Assembly (NCBI GenBank): GCA_951406725.2
Contig: OX597838.1
Location: 7,564,001 to 7,628,000 of the forward strand
Length of the DNA stretch: 64,000 bases
Direction of reading: 5' to 3'
DNA from: Octopus vulgaris
Lineage: Eukaryota
The first letter of the stretch is position 1. Each line of letters opens with the position of its first letter. Shown here in pieces: positions 1 through 11,636 of this stretch. Below the pieces are notes generated by a model. The model made no database searches. It was not told where the DNA came from and saw only the letters and a list, made by a program, of their open reading frames with translations. A program made the translations under genes and the position numbers.

Positions 1-29
1 TTATAATGAACAGTAGTAAGATTATATAC

Positions 30-120
30 CTGCAGGGATATGCATGTTCATTAAACTCTTTAAAAGAGACAGGACAATTGGCATTTGCAATAAATCCGCA
101 ATCGAATGTCGCAGCCACTC
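30..120 (-). CDS. Internal exon of a small Cys-rich protein gene (paralogue A; continues off the left edge)
   Basis: Acceptor ttttgttttgcAG, donor cag|GTatat, 91 nt. The phase 1->2 reading GVAATFDCGFIANANCPVSFKEFNEHAYPCR has the same intron phases and C-x7-C...C-end pattern as exon 14667-14583. Confidence 0.7.
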
Positions 121-196
121 CTGCAAAACAAAATGTTTCTGTCAAGTATTTGAAGTGGTTTTTCGTAATGGATTGAATAATTGCTACAAAATATAC

Positions 197-223
197 CACA
201 AACCATGTAAATATTTTCCGTGT
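197..223 (-). CDS. Candidate upstream microexon/exon of paralogue A (donor ambiguous)
   Basis: Acceptor tttcgtttcAG at 225-224. Possible donors give 20-nt or 27-nt exons. Unspliced, the frame TRKIFTWFVVYFVAIIQS... is also open into exon 120-30. Confidence 0.35.
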
Positions 224-505
224 CTGAAACGAAACTGAGGAAAGCTAGATTATTGTTTTCATACTGCCGAAATAATAACACTGTGCTAGAAGACTTTTAT
301 TTTTATTTTCATTTTCCCTTTGGTCAGTGTTATTTCATATTCACTTCTATGTAGATATGAACGGACTACTATTCCCTTTAAACTTTGCTTTTGTTACATG
401 TTTATCAATATTTTGAAACTAACCTATTTTCTATTTCATTTCAGACAGATTCAGCGCTGCGCCTGCTGAAGCTGGCATATTGTTATAGCAAATATTCTGC
501 TCAAT

Positions 506-891
506 CGTGGAGGCGCAATGGCCCAGTGGTTAGGGCAGCGGACTCGCGGTCGGAGGATCGCGGTTTCGATTCCCAGAGCGGGCGTTGTGAGTGTTTATTG
601 AGCGAAAACACCTAAAGCCCCACGAGGCTCCGGCAGGGACGGTGGTGATCCCTGCTGTACTCTTTCACCACAACTTTCTCTCACTCTTACTTCCTGTTTC
701 TGTTGTACATGTATTTCAAAGGACCGGCCTTGTCACTCTCTGTGTCACGCTGAATATCCCCGAGAACTACGTTAAGGGCACACGTGTATGTGGAGTGCTC
801 AGCCACTTACATGTTAATTTCACGAGCAGGCTGTTCCGTTGATCGGATCAACCGGAACCCTCGTCGTCTTAACCGACGGAGTGCTTCCATC
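506..891 (+). mobile_element. tRNA-derived SINE (tRNA-Arg-like head, cephalopod type), full length, nested in an older repeat
   Basis: A box TGGCCCAGTGG, B box GGTTTCGATTCC. 12-bp TSD attctgctcaat at 494-505 and 892-903. Near-identical to 16712-17103. Confidence 0.9.
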
Positions 892-1947
892 ATTCTGCTC
901 AATATCAAAGATTTGCTTGTCAGTTGCTTGACCTTAACAACTTGACTATGTCCCTTGGTGACTGACAATATGTGCGACTCTTATCATGAGCAAGAGTAGT
1001 GGGGAACCATCATAATCATTTGTTTAGAGCGATTCTTTGGGATTTGAATAGATATAATAAATGCAAAGTTTGAAGGAAATATTAACCGATTTTCGTATTT
1101 TCTACGAATAACCAAACACGAAATAACAATTGCTACCCAAGTTCAGCAATCGTGTTGCACAGTGAAATGTGTCTGACGCTGGGATTTTATCTGTAAGCCT
1201 TTATAAATATAGTTTAATCCTCACTAATTGACAAAGTTTTAGAATTATATCAACTCCGTTATAGAACGCCAAAAACATTGTACATGTACACATGGAATAT
1301 TTTGATAGCGTTTTCACACATATTCAAGGAAACCAATTTTAAGGAGGGCAATGTGTTGTGTTTCATTTAACAACCCTTTTTATTATGGGGACAAAACCTG
1401 AAATATCTAAGTAGTTGGTTAATCGATAACGTCGCCTTCAAGTGCTCAACTGGTATTTATTTTACGGTTGCCGTAAGGATGAAAGACAATTTCGACTTCG
1501 GCGGGCCTTGAACTCGAAACGTAAAGACGGACAAAATGCTTAGCAGCATTTCGTCCGGGATACTTCTTACTTGCCAATTTAAAATGTTTCTCTCTTCTAA
1601 AGTCACAAAACCTGAAATTTTGTGCAATCAAATGTTTTATAGACAACGAAAGGATGAAACATAAGAGTAACTTCGTTTCAATTTGAAATTAGAACCTAAA
1701 AGTGATGCTAACGATTGTGTCAGTTATCCACCGTATGTTTCGTTAAATAAAGTACGGGAAACTTTCAAACTTTGGAATACATTGGTATATAAGATAATGA
1801 TGGACGGATTTTAAAATAATATCATATAATTTAGTGTCAATGTGTCCTGAATAACAACTATCGTTTACAGTATTTAGTGACACAATTCAGCATGTTTGCA
1901 ATGAACATATGAAATGATTTATAATAATATGTTCTCTTCTACAGAGT

Positions 1948-2100
1948 AAGACTTTGCCTTTCATCCTTTCGGGGTGGATTAAATAAGTATCAGTTACGCA
2001 CCGGGGTCGATATAATCGACTTAATCCGTTTGTCCCTCCTTGTTTGTCTCCTCTGTGTTTAGCCCCTTGTGGGTAGTAAAGAAATAGTATTTCGTCTGCA
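1948..2100 (+). mobile_element. 5'-truncated SINE of the gcctttcatcctttcggggtcgat family
   Basis: Matches the many copies listed below. Confidence 0.85.
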
Positions 2101-2114
2101 CCGTGGGTATATAA

Positions 2115-2159
<45 letters not shown>

Positions 2160-2168
2160 TAGACAGAC

Positions 2169-2247
<79 letters not shown>

Positions 2248-2479
2248 GGCGTGAGAGGGACAGAATAAGGGAACTGTTACATTAGTGTGCAATGTTCACG
2301 AAAATATAGAAATTCATATCACATGTTACATACCGAAAAGAAGAAGTAAGACATACGTTGATACTTTCATCGTGAATATCCGCACTGAACAAAACGATGG
2401 ACAATTTAAATGGCCGCCAGTTTAGCTTGGATCTACCTACAGACGTGTCCTGCAACAGGTGGTTTCTCTCACTAGAATA

Positions 2480-3600
2480 ATTAAAAGAATTGTTCGAAGT
2501 TCTGTCACATCATTTTCTCGTGTTTATGCTTTGAATGATTTACATGAAACAATGACACGTCAGCTTTTGATGTACATCACGTTTTGAAAAAGTTGCTTTC
2601 CTTTATCAGTAAATTTCTTGAAGAATGCACTTCATTGTGTTTACTTACTGATGACCAGCAAAGACACAGAAATTCTAAGTTACCAATACCACCAACGCTG
2701 CTAGACGCCTTTCCTCTTTTACTGATATACTTCTGCACCTGTTAGCACTATACCTATTTCTTTACTACCCACAAGGGGCTAAACACAGAGAGGACAAACA
2801 AGGACAGACAAACGGCTTAAGTCGATTATATCGACCCCAGTGCGTAACTGGTACTTATTTAATCGACCCCGAAAGGCTGAAAAGCAAATTCGACCTCGGC
2901 GGAAATTGAACTCAGAACGTAACGGCAGACGAAATACCTATTTCTTTACTACCCACAAGGGGCTAAACACAGAGAGGACAAACAAGGACAGACAAACGGC
3001 TTAAGTCGATTATATCGACCCCAGTGCGTAACTGGTACTTAATTTAATCGACCCCGAAAGGATGAAAGGCAAAGTCGACCTCGGCGGAATTTGAACTCAG
3101 AACGTAGCGGCAGACGAAATACCGCTAAGCATTTCGCCCGGCATGCTAACGATTCTGCCAGCACTATACCTCCACACGAGAACCTGTCTCAAGTCGAAGA
3201 ATTCAGTTTTGCGGCTTTCTGCAATGTATTAATGTAACATATACAGAATGCTATTTTGAACAAATACTCTTTCGGTTGATAAAAAGGAATATTGATGAAC
3301 CCCGTCACCTTTTTGTGGCACTAGGTATTTGCCAATGAATGTTTTTTTTTCTATATTATTAAAGGTTAAATTTGTCTAAGTATGCCGATGACATTGGATA
3401 CTCTCTGCTGATGACATGTAAAGATACAGAAATAAGGAGTTAGCAATTCCACTGCAGCTGTTGGATACTCTCCTGCAGCTAATATTTCTGTGACTTTTAG
3501 CCCTCTACGGGCTACACGACATGTTCTCTCGAAAACGAATAGTGCAGTTTTACGTTCTATTCTATATTTTTGAGAAGAGAAATTACAATGGACTGATAAG
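2480..3600 (-). mobile_element. Decayed pogo/Tigger-like transposase remnant interrupted by a SINE
   Basis: Degenerate translations resemble DDE_1 motifs (KRRLAALV, LLVISK..AF). Many stops. Confidence 0.4.
2752..3160 (-). mobile_element. tRNA-derived SINE with a tandemly duplicated ~184-bp body
   Basis: Two head-to-tail units (acaagggg at 2771 and 2955). Flanking direct repeat agcactatacct at 2744-2755 and 3160-3171. Confidence 0.9.
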
Positions 3601-3649
3601 TGTCCTCGCTTCGATTATTGCTACCACAGCGATTTAGCTGATGTACTTT

Positions 3650-3935
3650 GCAGCCTTCGTGAGGTCTTGGATAAGAGTGTGGGCTACTAACCCTCGCATT
3701 CTGAGTTCAATTCTAGGCAGGGAGTTGGGAAATAGTATCAAGGGGAAAAATTACATCAGCAAAAGAGAATACCTTAGCAAAGAGAACAGGGTACCCCATT
3801 AGTCAAATAAAGGGTTGGGTTCGAAATTCCACCTGAACACCGGATGAGAGCTGCTAGGGTGTAAATCAGCCGAAACATTGTGGTAACAACAAACAAGCGG
3901 AGGCCACCTATCCGGCCATTGTAAATAACGTACAG
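3650..3935 (+). mobile_element. tRNA-headed SINE with a hammerhead-like tail (degenerate copy)
   Basis: B box GAGTTCAATTC. Shares blocks gtgggctactaac, aataccttag, atcagccgaaac, taacaacaaacaag and tgtaaataa with 12330-12921. Core mutated to CGGATGA. Confidence 0.7.
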
Positions 3936-4244
3936 ATTCACGGTGGTCCATATTACACGCATATTGTATACGCGTCGCAGAATCATACTATTTGGAATAT
4001 TTTAACATATTTTAATGCTTATTTAAAGGAATGACTCCATCTTTGTATCTGATTGCGTGCATGTGCGCAAGGCTGTCTGTGTAAACAATCGCATGATATT
4101 CGATGTAAATCTGTGGAAAGAAGCTTGCTTTCGAAACCCAATGGTTCCAGGTTCAGTCCTACTGCGTGACACTTCTACTTTAGCCTCGGACCGACCGAAA
4201 CCTTGTCAGTGGATTTCAAACACGGAAACAGTAACAAGCCCATT

Positions 4245-4396
<152 letters not shown>

Positions 4397-4879
4397 ACAC
4401 ATATATACACACACAAGTGCGGCAGAATCATTGCCTTTTGGGCAGAGATGCTTTACTGTATATCTTCCGACTTACTACATTCTGAGTTCAAATCACTCCT
4501 GCCTGGAGGTCATGAGACACATCACAAGTATTCATCCCAAATCTAGTCATGGTAGCCAAATATCCAGCAATCTACTTAATGTTTAAGAAAGCCCGGTTTT
4601 GTTCAGAAGGACGTCTAAAGACTTGTAGATGCATTTCTAGATTGGAAATTATTTTGAGTACTAGATAGATAGGGAGCCGAGAAAATCTTCTCCGGGTAAA
4701 ATTGCAGTAAAAATACCTTTACAAGATCAAAGGTGTCGAGACCATATTTGAAGAAATATAGACTTTGTTTATTTTATATCACTGCTTTTACAAACTTGTC
4801 ATAGTTGAGATGGAGCGGCGTATATACATTCTTATGGATTAACATGGTCCTGGCTGGAGATACACATGATGAGGTCAAT

Positions 4880-6245
4880 ATCTTTTGCATGATGTATTCA
4901 TTCTTTGGGTTAACGAAAATGCAGATTCTCTTATAAAGAAAATAGCTACAAAAAATAACAAAATATATTGCAGAGTACGTCTTTATTGCAAAGTACATCT
5001 TTATGGCCGAGTACTTGTTTGCTTTTATATAGAAACATAATATGGCCTAAGTTACAATGCACGCTGACATGGATAGAGAGCATAAAATCTGTTCAGTCGA
5101 TATTCAGGGGATCGCATTGTATCTCAAGATGGGGTGTGGTGGTGGTGTAGTTGATGGTGGGGCGTCACTTTCCCCAAAATACAACAACTTCGTTTTTCCT
5201 TAGACGAGTTCACATAAAGAATTTTGCTATTTATTGATGAGAGTTTAATGCAAAATTTTACGATATACGACACATTATCTGATCCGGTATTCATTATTGC
5301 TGTTAGACAAATTATCATTTAAGCATGGTTGATATAGATATATGATATTGATACCTCATGTGTTATTGCTTTAATATCCGAATTGATAGTGTCATATTAC
5401 TTTGGCAAGTAACTATAGACACTGGTTAATAATTACACACTACTTGCCAAGTAATATTTCTAATGAATTCATATTGTAATGAACAGGATATATTGAATAA
5501 AAATAGTACGATGATTGCCTCAAATTGTTTTAATGTATCTACATTAAATATTTTTAATAGGAGTTTATTTTAGATTAATACTGCTTCAATTGCTTATAGC
5601 GGACATGAATATTACATTTCGTACCGTATATAGTTTTAATACTTCAGCCAGAGTTCATTCAATCTGCCACAGATTTGAGCTCTATCACAACTGCTCTGAC
5701 ACTGCAATAGCCGACATGTATTGTTGAGGTAGTGGAATGTTGCATACTTATTTCATGTTAATCCTTGGGTTAGACAAAACAATATAGTTGCGTATCTTGG
5801 CTATCATATATACCACAAAAGCGATTGCTATCACACTTAGGTTATTACAGTGAAATAAAAGTGATAAATTAATACTGCAGAAATAATTGAATTTCAGTGT
5901 AGTAATTCTACAATTGGGTTACTGACCTCGTCTTCTTTACTGCTGTGGTTCTCCTGCATGAGGAATTCATCTTCTGTTGTATACTTATAATTAATCATAT
6001 ACCAAAATTTATATACTTAGCAGTTAATTTCCAACTTCATCATAGGAAACGTAATATAAATGAAGGCACGTAGCAAAATATTACGCTCGTATATTTCAAT
6101 GAACAATTTCTTTAAGAAGTGACACCGTTTTGAAATTCTGTACTTTGAGGTATTTTCGTAATTATAGAACTTGTATAATTATGAAAGTATTTTGAAATTA
6201 TTTGACTGTCATGATAAAATTTGGAAAAAATTAGCAGACGTATAA
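4880..6245 (-). pseudogene. Diverged duplicate of the 3' cassette (27-nt microexon 5953-5927 plus dead terminal exon from 5068)
   Basis: Collinear DNA similarity to ~7990-9820. Microexon ENHSSKEDE has donor GTcagt but a shortened pyrimidine tract. The terminal-exon acceptor is CAT instead of CAG and the exon has a 14-nt frameshifting deletion. Confidence 0.7.
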
Positions 6246-6816
6246 AATACATTGTGTATAGTTAGAGAGGATGAAGTGAGAACAGACGTAGGTCAGAAGA
6301 GAGCCATATATTTTCTTGATGTGTACCACCCTTCAGCTGTGTCTTTGATTTCAGGACCCCAGTATATTCCTGGATGATATTACAATGAATACACTATATT
6401 AAATACTGATAGTGTTATAATTAAATCAAATGTTTAAGTGTATATACATTACGTATATTACATTGATGACTATTTTAGTCTAATATTGCAGTGTTTCAAC
6501 TGGTATTTATTTCATCAAATCAGAAAGAACGAAAGACAAAGTTGCCCTCGCTGGAATTTGAACTCCTAAAGGGAATGCAAGTGGAATGCTGTTAAGCATT
6601 TAGCCCGACAAGCTAACGATTCTGCCAGCTCGCCACCTTATATAAAAAAATGGCCAGCTATCACACATGGCTTTTTACAGCAAAATAAAAGTGAAAAATT
6701 AGCATTGCAGGAATAACATAATTTTAATGCTGTAGTCATACAATGTAGTCATACTTAATAATATTCGTTCGTGGTAATCCTAGAAATAAGCAATTAGATC
6801 GATCGATCGATCGATC

Positions 6817-6870
<54 letters not shown>

Positions 6871-6941
6871 AAGATATATAGAAGGATACATAGATAGATG
6901 GATAGATAGATAAATAAAGAGAAAGATATATAGATAGATAT

Positions 6942-7014
<73 letters not shown>

Positions 7015-7025
7015 TAGATCGATAG

Positions 7026-7186
7026 TCACACAGGTAGACATGCCAACAAAGTTACTAGTAGTATTCATAATAATGTAGAAAACGTATACTAAATTAACCT
7101 GAGAATAAGAAGATTAGAAGCTGTGTTCGTAGATGTTGTCAAGAATATCAATGTCAAACAATTTAAGACTTACGTCTGTACTGCTG
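7026..7186 (-). CDS. Second alternative 3' cassette: microexon 7186-7174 and terminal exon from 7098
   Basis: TAG-CAG-CAG tandem acceptors, donor GTAAGT, 75-nt intron with ttctaat branch point and cttcttattctcAG. The terminal exon reads VNLVYVFYIIMNT in phase 0, aligning to VSLRSILFLVIGT. Confidence 0.5.
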
Positions 7187-7290
7187 CTACAAGCGATTGT
7201 GTTACAAATGAATATATTAGAAATGGCTATATATTATGTAACAGATGTTTGTTTTTTGTTCAACAACACATTTGTTATATCGCGAAAATA

Positions 7291-7330
<40 letters not shown>

Positions 7331-7356
7331 ATGTCTGTGAGAATGTGTGTGCGTTC

Positions 7357-7401
<45 letters not shown>

Positions 7402-7769
7402 TAAAAGCAACAAGGATATCCTGAGGTAATGCGTACGATCTTTTCATGCCACTCCATTTAATAGAACAATGTAAATATTACATACATCTTAAAATGTAGA
7501 GGAGTCTTCAGCTGCATAAAAATATAGAATTTATTTAAATTCAAAGGATTCATTTGTATAGTTTTCTTATTATCCAAAACACAAAGAGGATAAGTAGATA
7601 AATAAAGAACATCATAGCAACATCATAGTTGTTACTCAAATATGCCCCGACAATACTTGAACAGATATAAAGTTGTTTATTTGCTATTACAGCCTCACGC
7701 AACTACAGCCATGTCCAAATTCTTATGAATTATGATTGTAATAGGAGTAGAGAAAAATGCTAAGGTCCG

Positions 7770-8110
7770 TATCATTTGCATAAGGTAACTATTACGGAAT
7801 CCAAGTCAGTATAATTTGCATAATTTAAACTTCACTAAATCCAGGTCAATATATTTTATGTAAGGTACCACTTAAAGAAGCCATAAATACCCCAATCAAT
7901 ATGTATTGTAAAACGTATTCATTAATAAATTGTGGTCATCAGCCTTTACATAAGGTACGCTTATTTGATCGAAGGCCATTGGATCGAAAGCCATATTTTT
8001 TGCATAAGGTACCCATTAGTGAATCCAGATGTTTTGCAGGTTCTGTAACATGCAGTTTCAGTAACACAAATGATTACAATAATTAACGCAAAACACTTGT
8101 GTTGCATAAT
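7770..8110. promoter_or_regulatory. Degenerate 40-bp repeat carrying six bZIP-type sites (TTGCATAA, TTATGTAA, TTACATAA)
   Basis: Sites start at 7776, 7816, 7856, 7946, 8000 and 8102. The first two overlap the octamer ATTTGCAT. The repeat is seen directly; function is inferred. Confidence 0.45.
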
Positions 8111-8120
8111 TAGGCTTTAT

Positions 8121-8180
8121 TTACATGTGTAAACATAATATGGTTCCAATCACAAGGAATAATATGCTTCGTAAGCTGAC
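8121..8180 (-). CDS. Terminal coding exon of gene B: hydrophobic GPI-signal-like tail VSLRSILFLVIGTILCLHM*
   Basis: Acceptor ttctctttacAG, phase 0, stop TAA at 8123-8121 overlapped by AATAAA. Confidence 0.8.
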   Translation of the reverse strand, partial: VSLRSILFLVIGTILCLHM

Positions 8181-8436
8181 CTGTAAAGAGAACGGAAATC
8201 TGTTTATCCACACATCGATATTCATGAGATAGAGCATGTTTTTCAAAATAATTCTTTTTTTTTCTATACATGAGTTAAAATACAGAATTTTGCTAACAAA
8301 ATTCAGCCACGAAATATAATGATGAGAGTTTGATGTAAATTTTACGATACACTATGCTGTATCTGATTGAAAACGATTTATTAAAGTTCAATAGATTATT
8401 ATTTAAGCATAGTTAATACAGATGTACTGCAGATGA

Positions 8437-8740
8437 TGTTGCTGTTGCTGTTGAGCGAACGGTCAAACCCCGACACCGAGAGCATCGACAGATTGATGAA
8501 AACGCATCCAGGCTCAGCGATTGCGTAGGAAGTCGGGGACAAGAAACAGGAAGAAAGAGTGAGAGAAAGTTGGGGAGAAAGAGTACAACAGGGGTCGCCA
8601 CCCCACCCCCTGCCGGAGCCTCATGGAGCTTTGGGTGTTTTCGCTCAATAAACACACACAACGCCCGGTCTGGGAATCGAAACCGTGATCCTACGACCGC
8701 GAATCCGCTGCCCTTCTCACTGGGCCATTGCGCCTCCACT
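8437..8740 (-). mobile_element. tRNA-Arg-like SINE with an alternative 3' tail ending in (CAACAG)n
   Basis: Head and body match 506-700. Absent from the paralogous intron near 5340. Confidence 0.85.
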
Positions 8741-8877
8741 TGCATATGCTGTTGCCCTATCTGAATTGATATGGTTATATTTTCTTTGATAAGTCACTGT
8801 AGCTATGGGTTAAGAATTGCACCGGCCATATAACAATTCTAAGAAATTTTATATTATAATGAATACTTTGCATTAAA

Positions 8878-9095
8878 TAATGGTTTCAAATTTTGCCACA
8901 AGGGAAGCAATTTGGAGGAAGGGGACTAGTCGATTACACCGACCCCAGTACACAACTGGTACTTAATTTATCGACTCCGAAAAGATAAAATGCAAAGTCG
9001 ACCTCGGGGGAATTTGAACTCAGAACGTAGCGACGGGCGAAATAACACTAAGCTTTTTGTCCAGCGCACTAACGAATCTGCTAGCTCGCCGCCCG
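8878..9095 (-). mobile_element. SINE, gcctttcatcc family, ttgtggcaaaatttgaaacc tail variant
   Basis: Sequence match. Absent from the paralogous intron near 5500. Confidence 0.85.
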
Positions 9096-9483
9096 AAAAT
9101 ATATTAAATAATACAAGTACGATGATTACACTAAAGTTTCAAAAGTATATACATTAAGTATGATACATAGAAGGCTATTTTAGTCTAATAAACTTTCAAT
9201 CGCCCATAGCAGGCATTAATACTACCTTTGTTATCGTATATCATTGTAATACTGCGACCAATGCTCATTCTATTTGGACCAAATTCCAGTTCAATTTCAA
9301 TTCAATTGAATTATATCTGCTCTGACATTCTAATAGCGTACATGTATAGTTGAGGTGGTGAAGGGTTGCATTCACTGTGTCGTTGGTGCTAATTCAGTGG
9401 ATCGTTGCATTATTCAATTGCGTAAACTAATGTTGCAAGCGTAATAGTACTCAATACTGATATCTTAGAAATGGAGTACTTAC

Positions 9484-9510
9484 CTCGTTTCGGTTACTCT
9501 TGCTGAATCC
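9484..9510 (-). CDS. 27-nt microexon of gene B (GFSKSNRNE; candidate omega-site region)
   Basis: Acceptor ttgtttatttccAG, donor gag|GTAAGT, phase 0->0. Confidence 0.8.
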
Positions 9511-10019
9511 CTGGAAATAAACAATGAAGATATTGGGAATGATGAATTCCACTTCTATTGCATCTTAATAATTATTCATACATAAAATACAGAATCATCA
9601 ATTAATTTCGAACTTCATAATAGTAAACTTAATTTAAATGAAGGCAAGTTGCAAGCCATTACGCACTTATGTTGCATTGAAAATCTTCTTTAAGAAATGA
9701 AACCGGTTTGAAATTATGTACATTGAAGCAAGTTGTAAGCATAAAATTTGGAGAATTTATAAACGTATTTTGAAATTATTTGAATGTAAAACTAAACTTT
9801 GAAATAAATTCACTGACGTATCAGTTACAGGGTATTTTTGATGTATGTATATATGCATGTATGTATGCATGTAAGTATGCTTGCATGCATGTATGTATGT
9901 ATGTGTGCATCTATGTATGTATACATACATGCAGATTTCTATGTTTTGTTTTATGTATGACTTCTCACGCATATACTTGTATATCTAGATATGCTCATAT
10001 ATACTTAAATGACAAACTT

Positions 10020-10410
10020 CTTAAAAGTATCTTTTTACGTCATCTAGGGAATTGAAATTTTTACCATTAAGACTATTCTGCAGAGACTTGACTCAGTGGA
10101 AATCAGAAGGAGCAATATCTGGTGAATATGGAGGGTGGGAAAAACACATCCAAGCCGAGCTGCAGCAATGTTTGTCTGATTCCCAAAGCATCAAGTGCCG
10201 AAAATGAATTGTCTTATCTTCCATTTTAAAGGGTTACAGAATTAACACAGGTTATAGGAACATAAACGGTCTTCCATGAAAAGATAGCTTAAACTGTGCA
10301 CTAAATGGAGGTGTTGTCAAATCCGATTTTATGGACTAAACCATGTTCGAAAATAAGTTGAAAGGTAAGCTACTATAAATCGGCACGAACTTTCCGGGCA
10401 AGCCAATACA
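10020..10410 (-). mobile_element. mariner remnant
   Basis: Contains ggtgaatatggagggtggg (HPPYSP-like on the minus strand) and a mariner-like end. Confidence 0.6.
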
Positions 10411-10482
10411 AGTATATCTACCATGTAAATTCGTTACACTGCGTGTCTATTAATAACTCTAATATTTATAAAAGCCTCTTAC

Positions 10483-10567
10483 ATAACAAAGATCGTGAAA
10501 CGCACTCTCGAATTGTTCAACGCATCCATGAACGTGACCAATGCAATCATAAAATCTCCTGAAATGT
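10483..10567 (-). CDS. Internal exon of gene B: HFRRFYDCIGHVHGCVEQFESAFHDLCY
   Basis: Acceptor tttctttttttcAG, donor tat|GTAAGA, 85 nt, phase 2->0, matching both neighbours. Confidence 0.85.
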
Positions 10568-10706
10568 CTGAAAAAAAGAAACGTAAAATGCAATACTTGC
10601 TTAAAATTACTCAAAATTTCTGTGACAATGTAAGAAACTTACATTCGTCAGATAACATGATAACCATGATTCTTCTCCATGTCTTCTTCCCACTGTCCCT
10701 TATTTC

Positions 10707-11062
10707 AGGTGGTGATCTCATTCTCGCTCACAACATCATAAGCGGAAAGTGTAAGCTCTCGAAAGATATGTTCTTCACTCCTGCTCCAGAGCGTCGGCTG
10801 CGGGGTCAATCCAAAAAGCTCTATCTGCGACGATTTCATCTCAATCGAAGGAGAGGGGCTTTCTCCGACCGGGTTGCGGATCCGTGGAACAAGCTGCCCA
10901 GACGAAATGGTGAAGATGCCGACGACCGCTTTGTTCAAAGTCTCCCTTGACCTCAAGTGGTCTGAACTCTTTACATGAACACCACCCTGTACATAACTCC
11001 ATGTCCCCCTACATGGCCTTGTTTTTTGCTTTTGAGCCAAAAATTAACTAACTAACTAACTA
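10707..11062 (+). mobile_element. 3' fragment of a CR1/L2-group LINE
   Basis: GDLILAHNII...RLRGQSKKL...FSDRVADPWNKLP is the typical ORF2 C-terminus. (AACT)n tail. Confidence 0.85.
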
Positions 11063-11605
11063 CCTGGGCTGTGGTTGAGCCTTGTCACCGTCTTGAAGGA
11101 TACACTTGTAACAAATCGGCCACTCTACAAACTTTCAACTTTACTATTTATTCTACGAGTCAATTTTGACGAAACAGGGACGTAGACGAACCAACACCGG
11201 TTGTCACATGGTTGTATAAAACAAGCGTCAACACGAAGATATCACACACACACACATAAACACACACACATACACACCCGCAACGTGCACAATATTCGCA
11301 TACATGCATACACATACATTCATATATTAATGTATCTATATCTATATCTATCTGTCTATCTACCTATCTATCTACATAATTTGAAACTATTGTAAATTGG
11401 AAGTCTAAGATTGTCGATCAAGACAAGAAACAATTGTAGTGGCGGTTTTTGACTATTTATTAAAATTTTATGTATTGATTAAGTCTTTCCTTGTTTGTTT
11501 TGCAAAATAGTGGTTTTGTCTCTAATAATATTTTATAATATTTTACTATAAAATTGGATAATCCTAAATCTGATTTTTCCTGTATATTTATTCCTAATAT
11601 ATTAT

Positions 11606-11636
<31 letters not shown>

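Noticed and set aside
506-580. tRNA-Arg gene (also 16712-16785)
   Set aside because: Continues into a SINE body with TSDs; it is a SINE head.
2643-2700. Minus-strand GTAAGT donor after a hydrophobic stretch, as the signal exon of paralogue A
   Set aside because: Lies inside a pogo/Tigger-like remnant and has no ATG-led open frame.
5124-5190. His-rich tail (HHQLHHHHTPS) as a replacement terminal exon
   Set aside because: Comes from a ~50-bp (GGT)-rich insertion absent from the paralogous intron; only a poor AAG acceptor.
6295-6369. Possible minus-strand exon after atcatccAG
   Set aside because: No convincing donor and no similarity to the gene family.
7770-8020. CRISPR-like array, miRNA cluster or neuropeptide repeat
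   Set aside because: Eukaryotic context, degenerate repeats with related spacers, no good hairpins, and stops in the repeat frames.
10641-10705. GTAAGT donor with an in-frame TGA where a Cys might sit (possible selenocysteine exon)
   Set aside because: No acceptor or SECIS found, it abuts an old SINE/LINE, and exon 14667-14583 already supplies the phase-2 partner.
10495-10950. 151-aa + strand ORF
   Set aside because: Chimeric: the antisense of the real exon 10567-10483 running into a LINE fragment.
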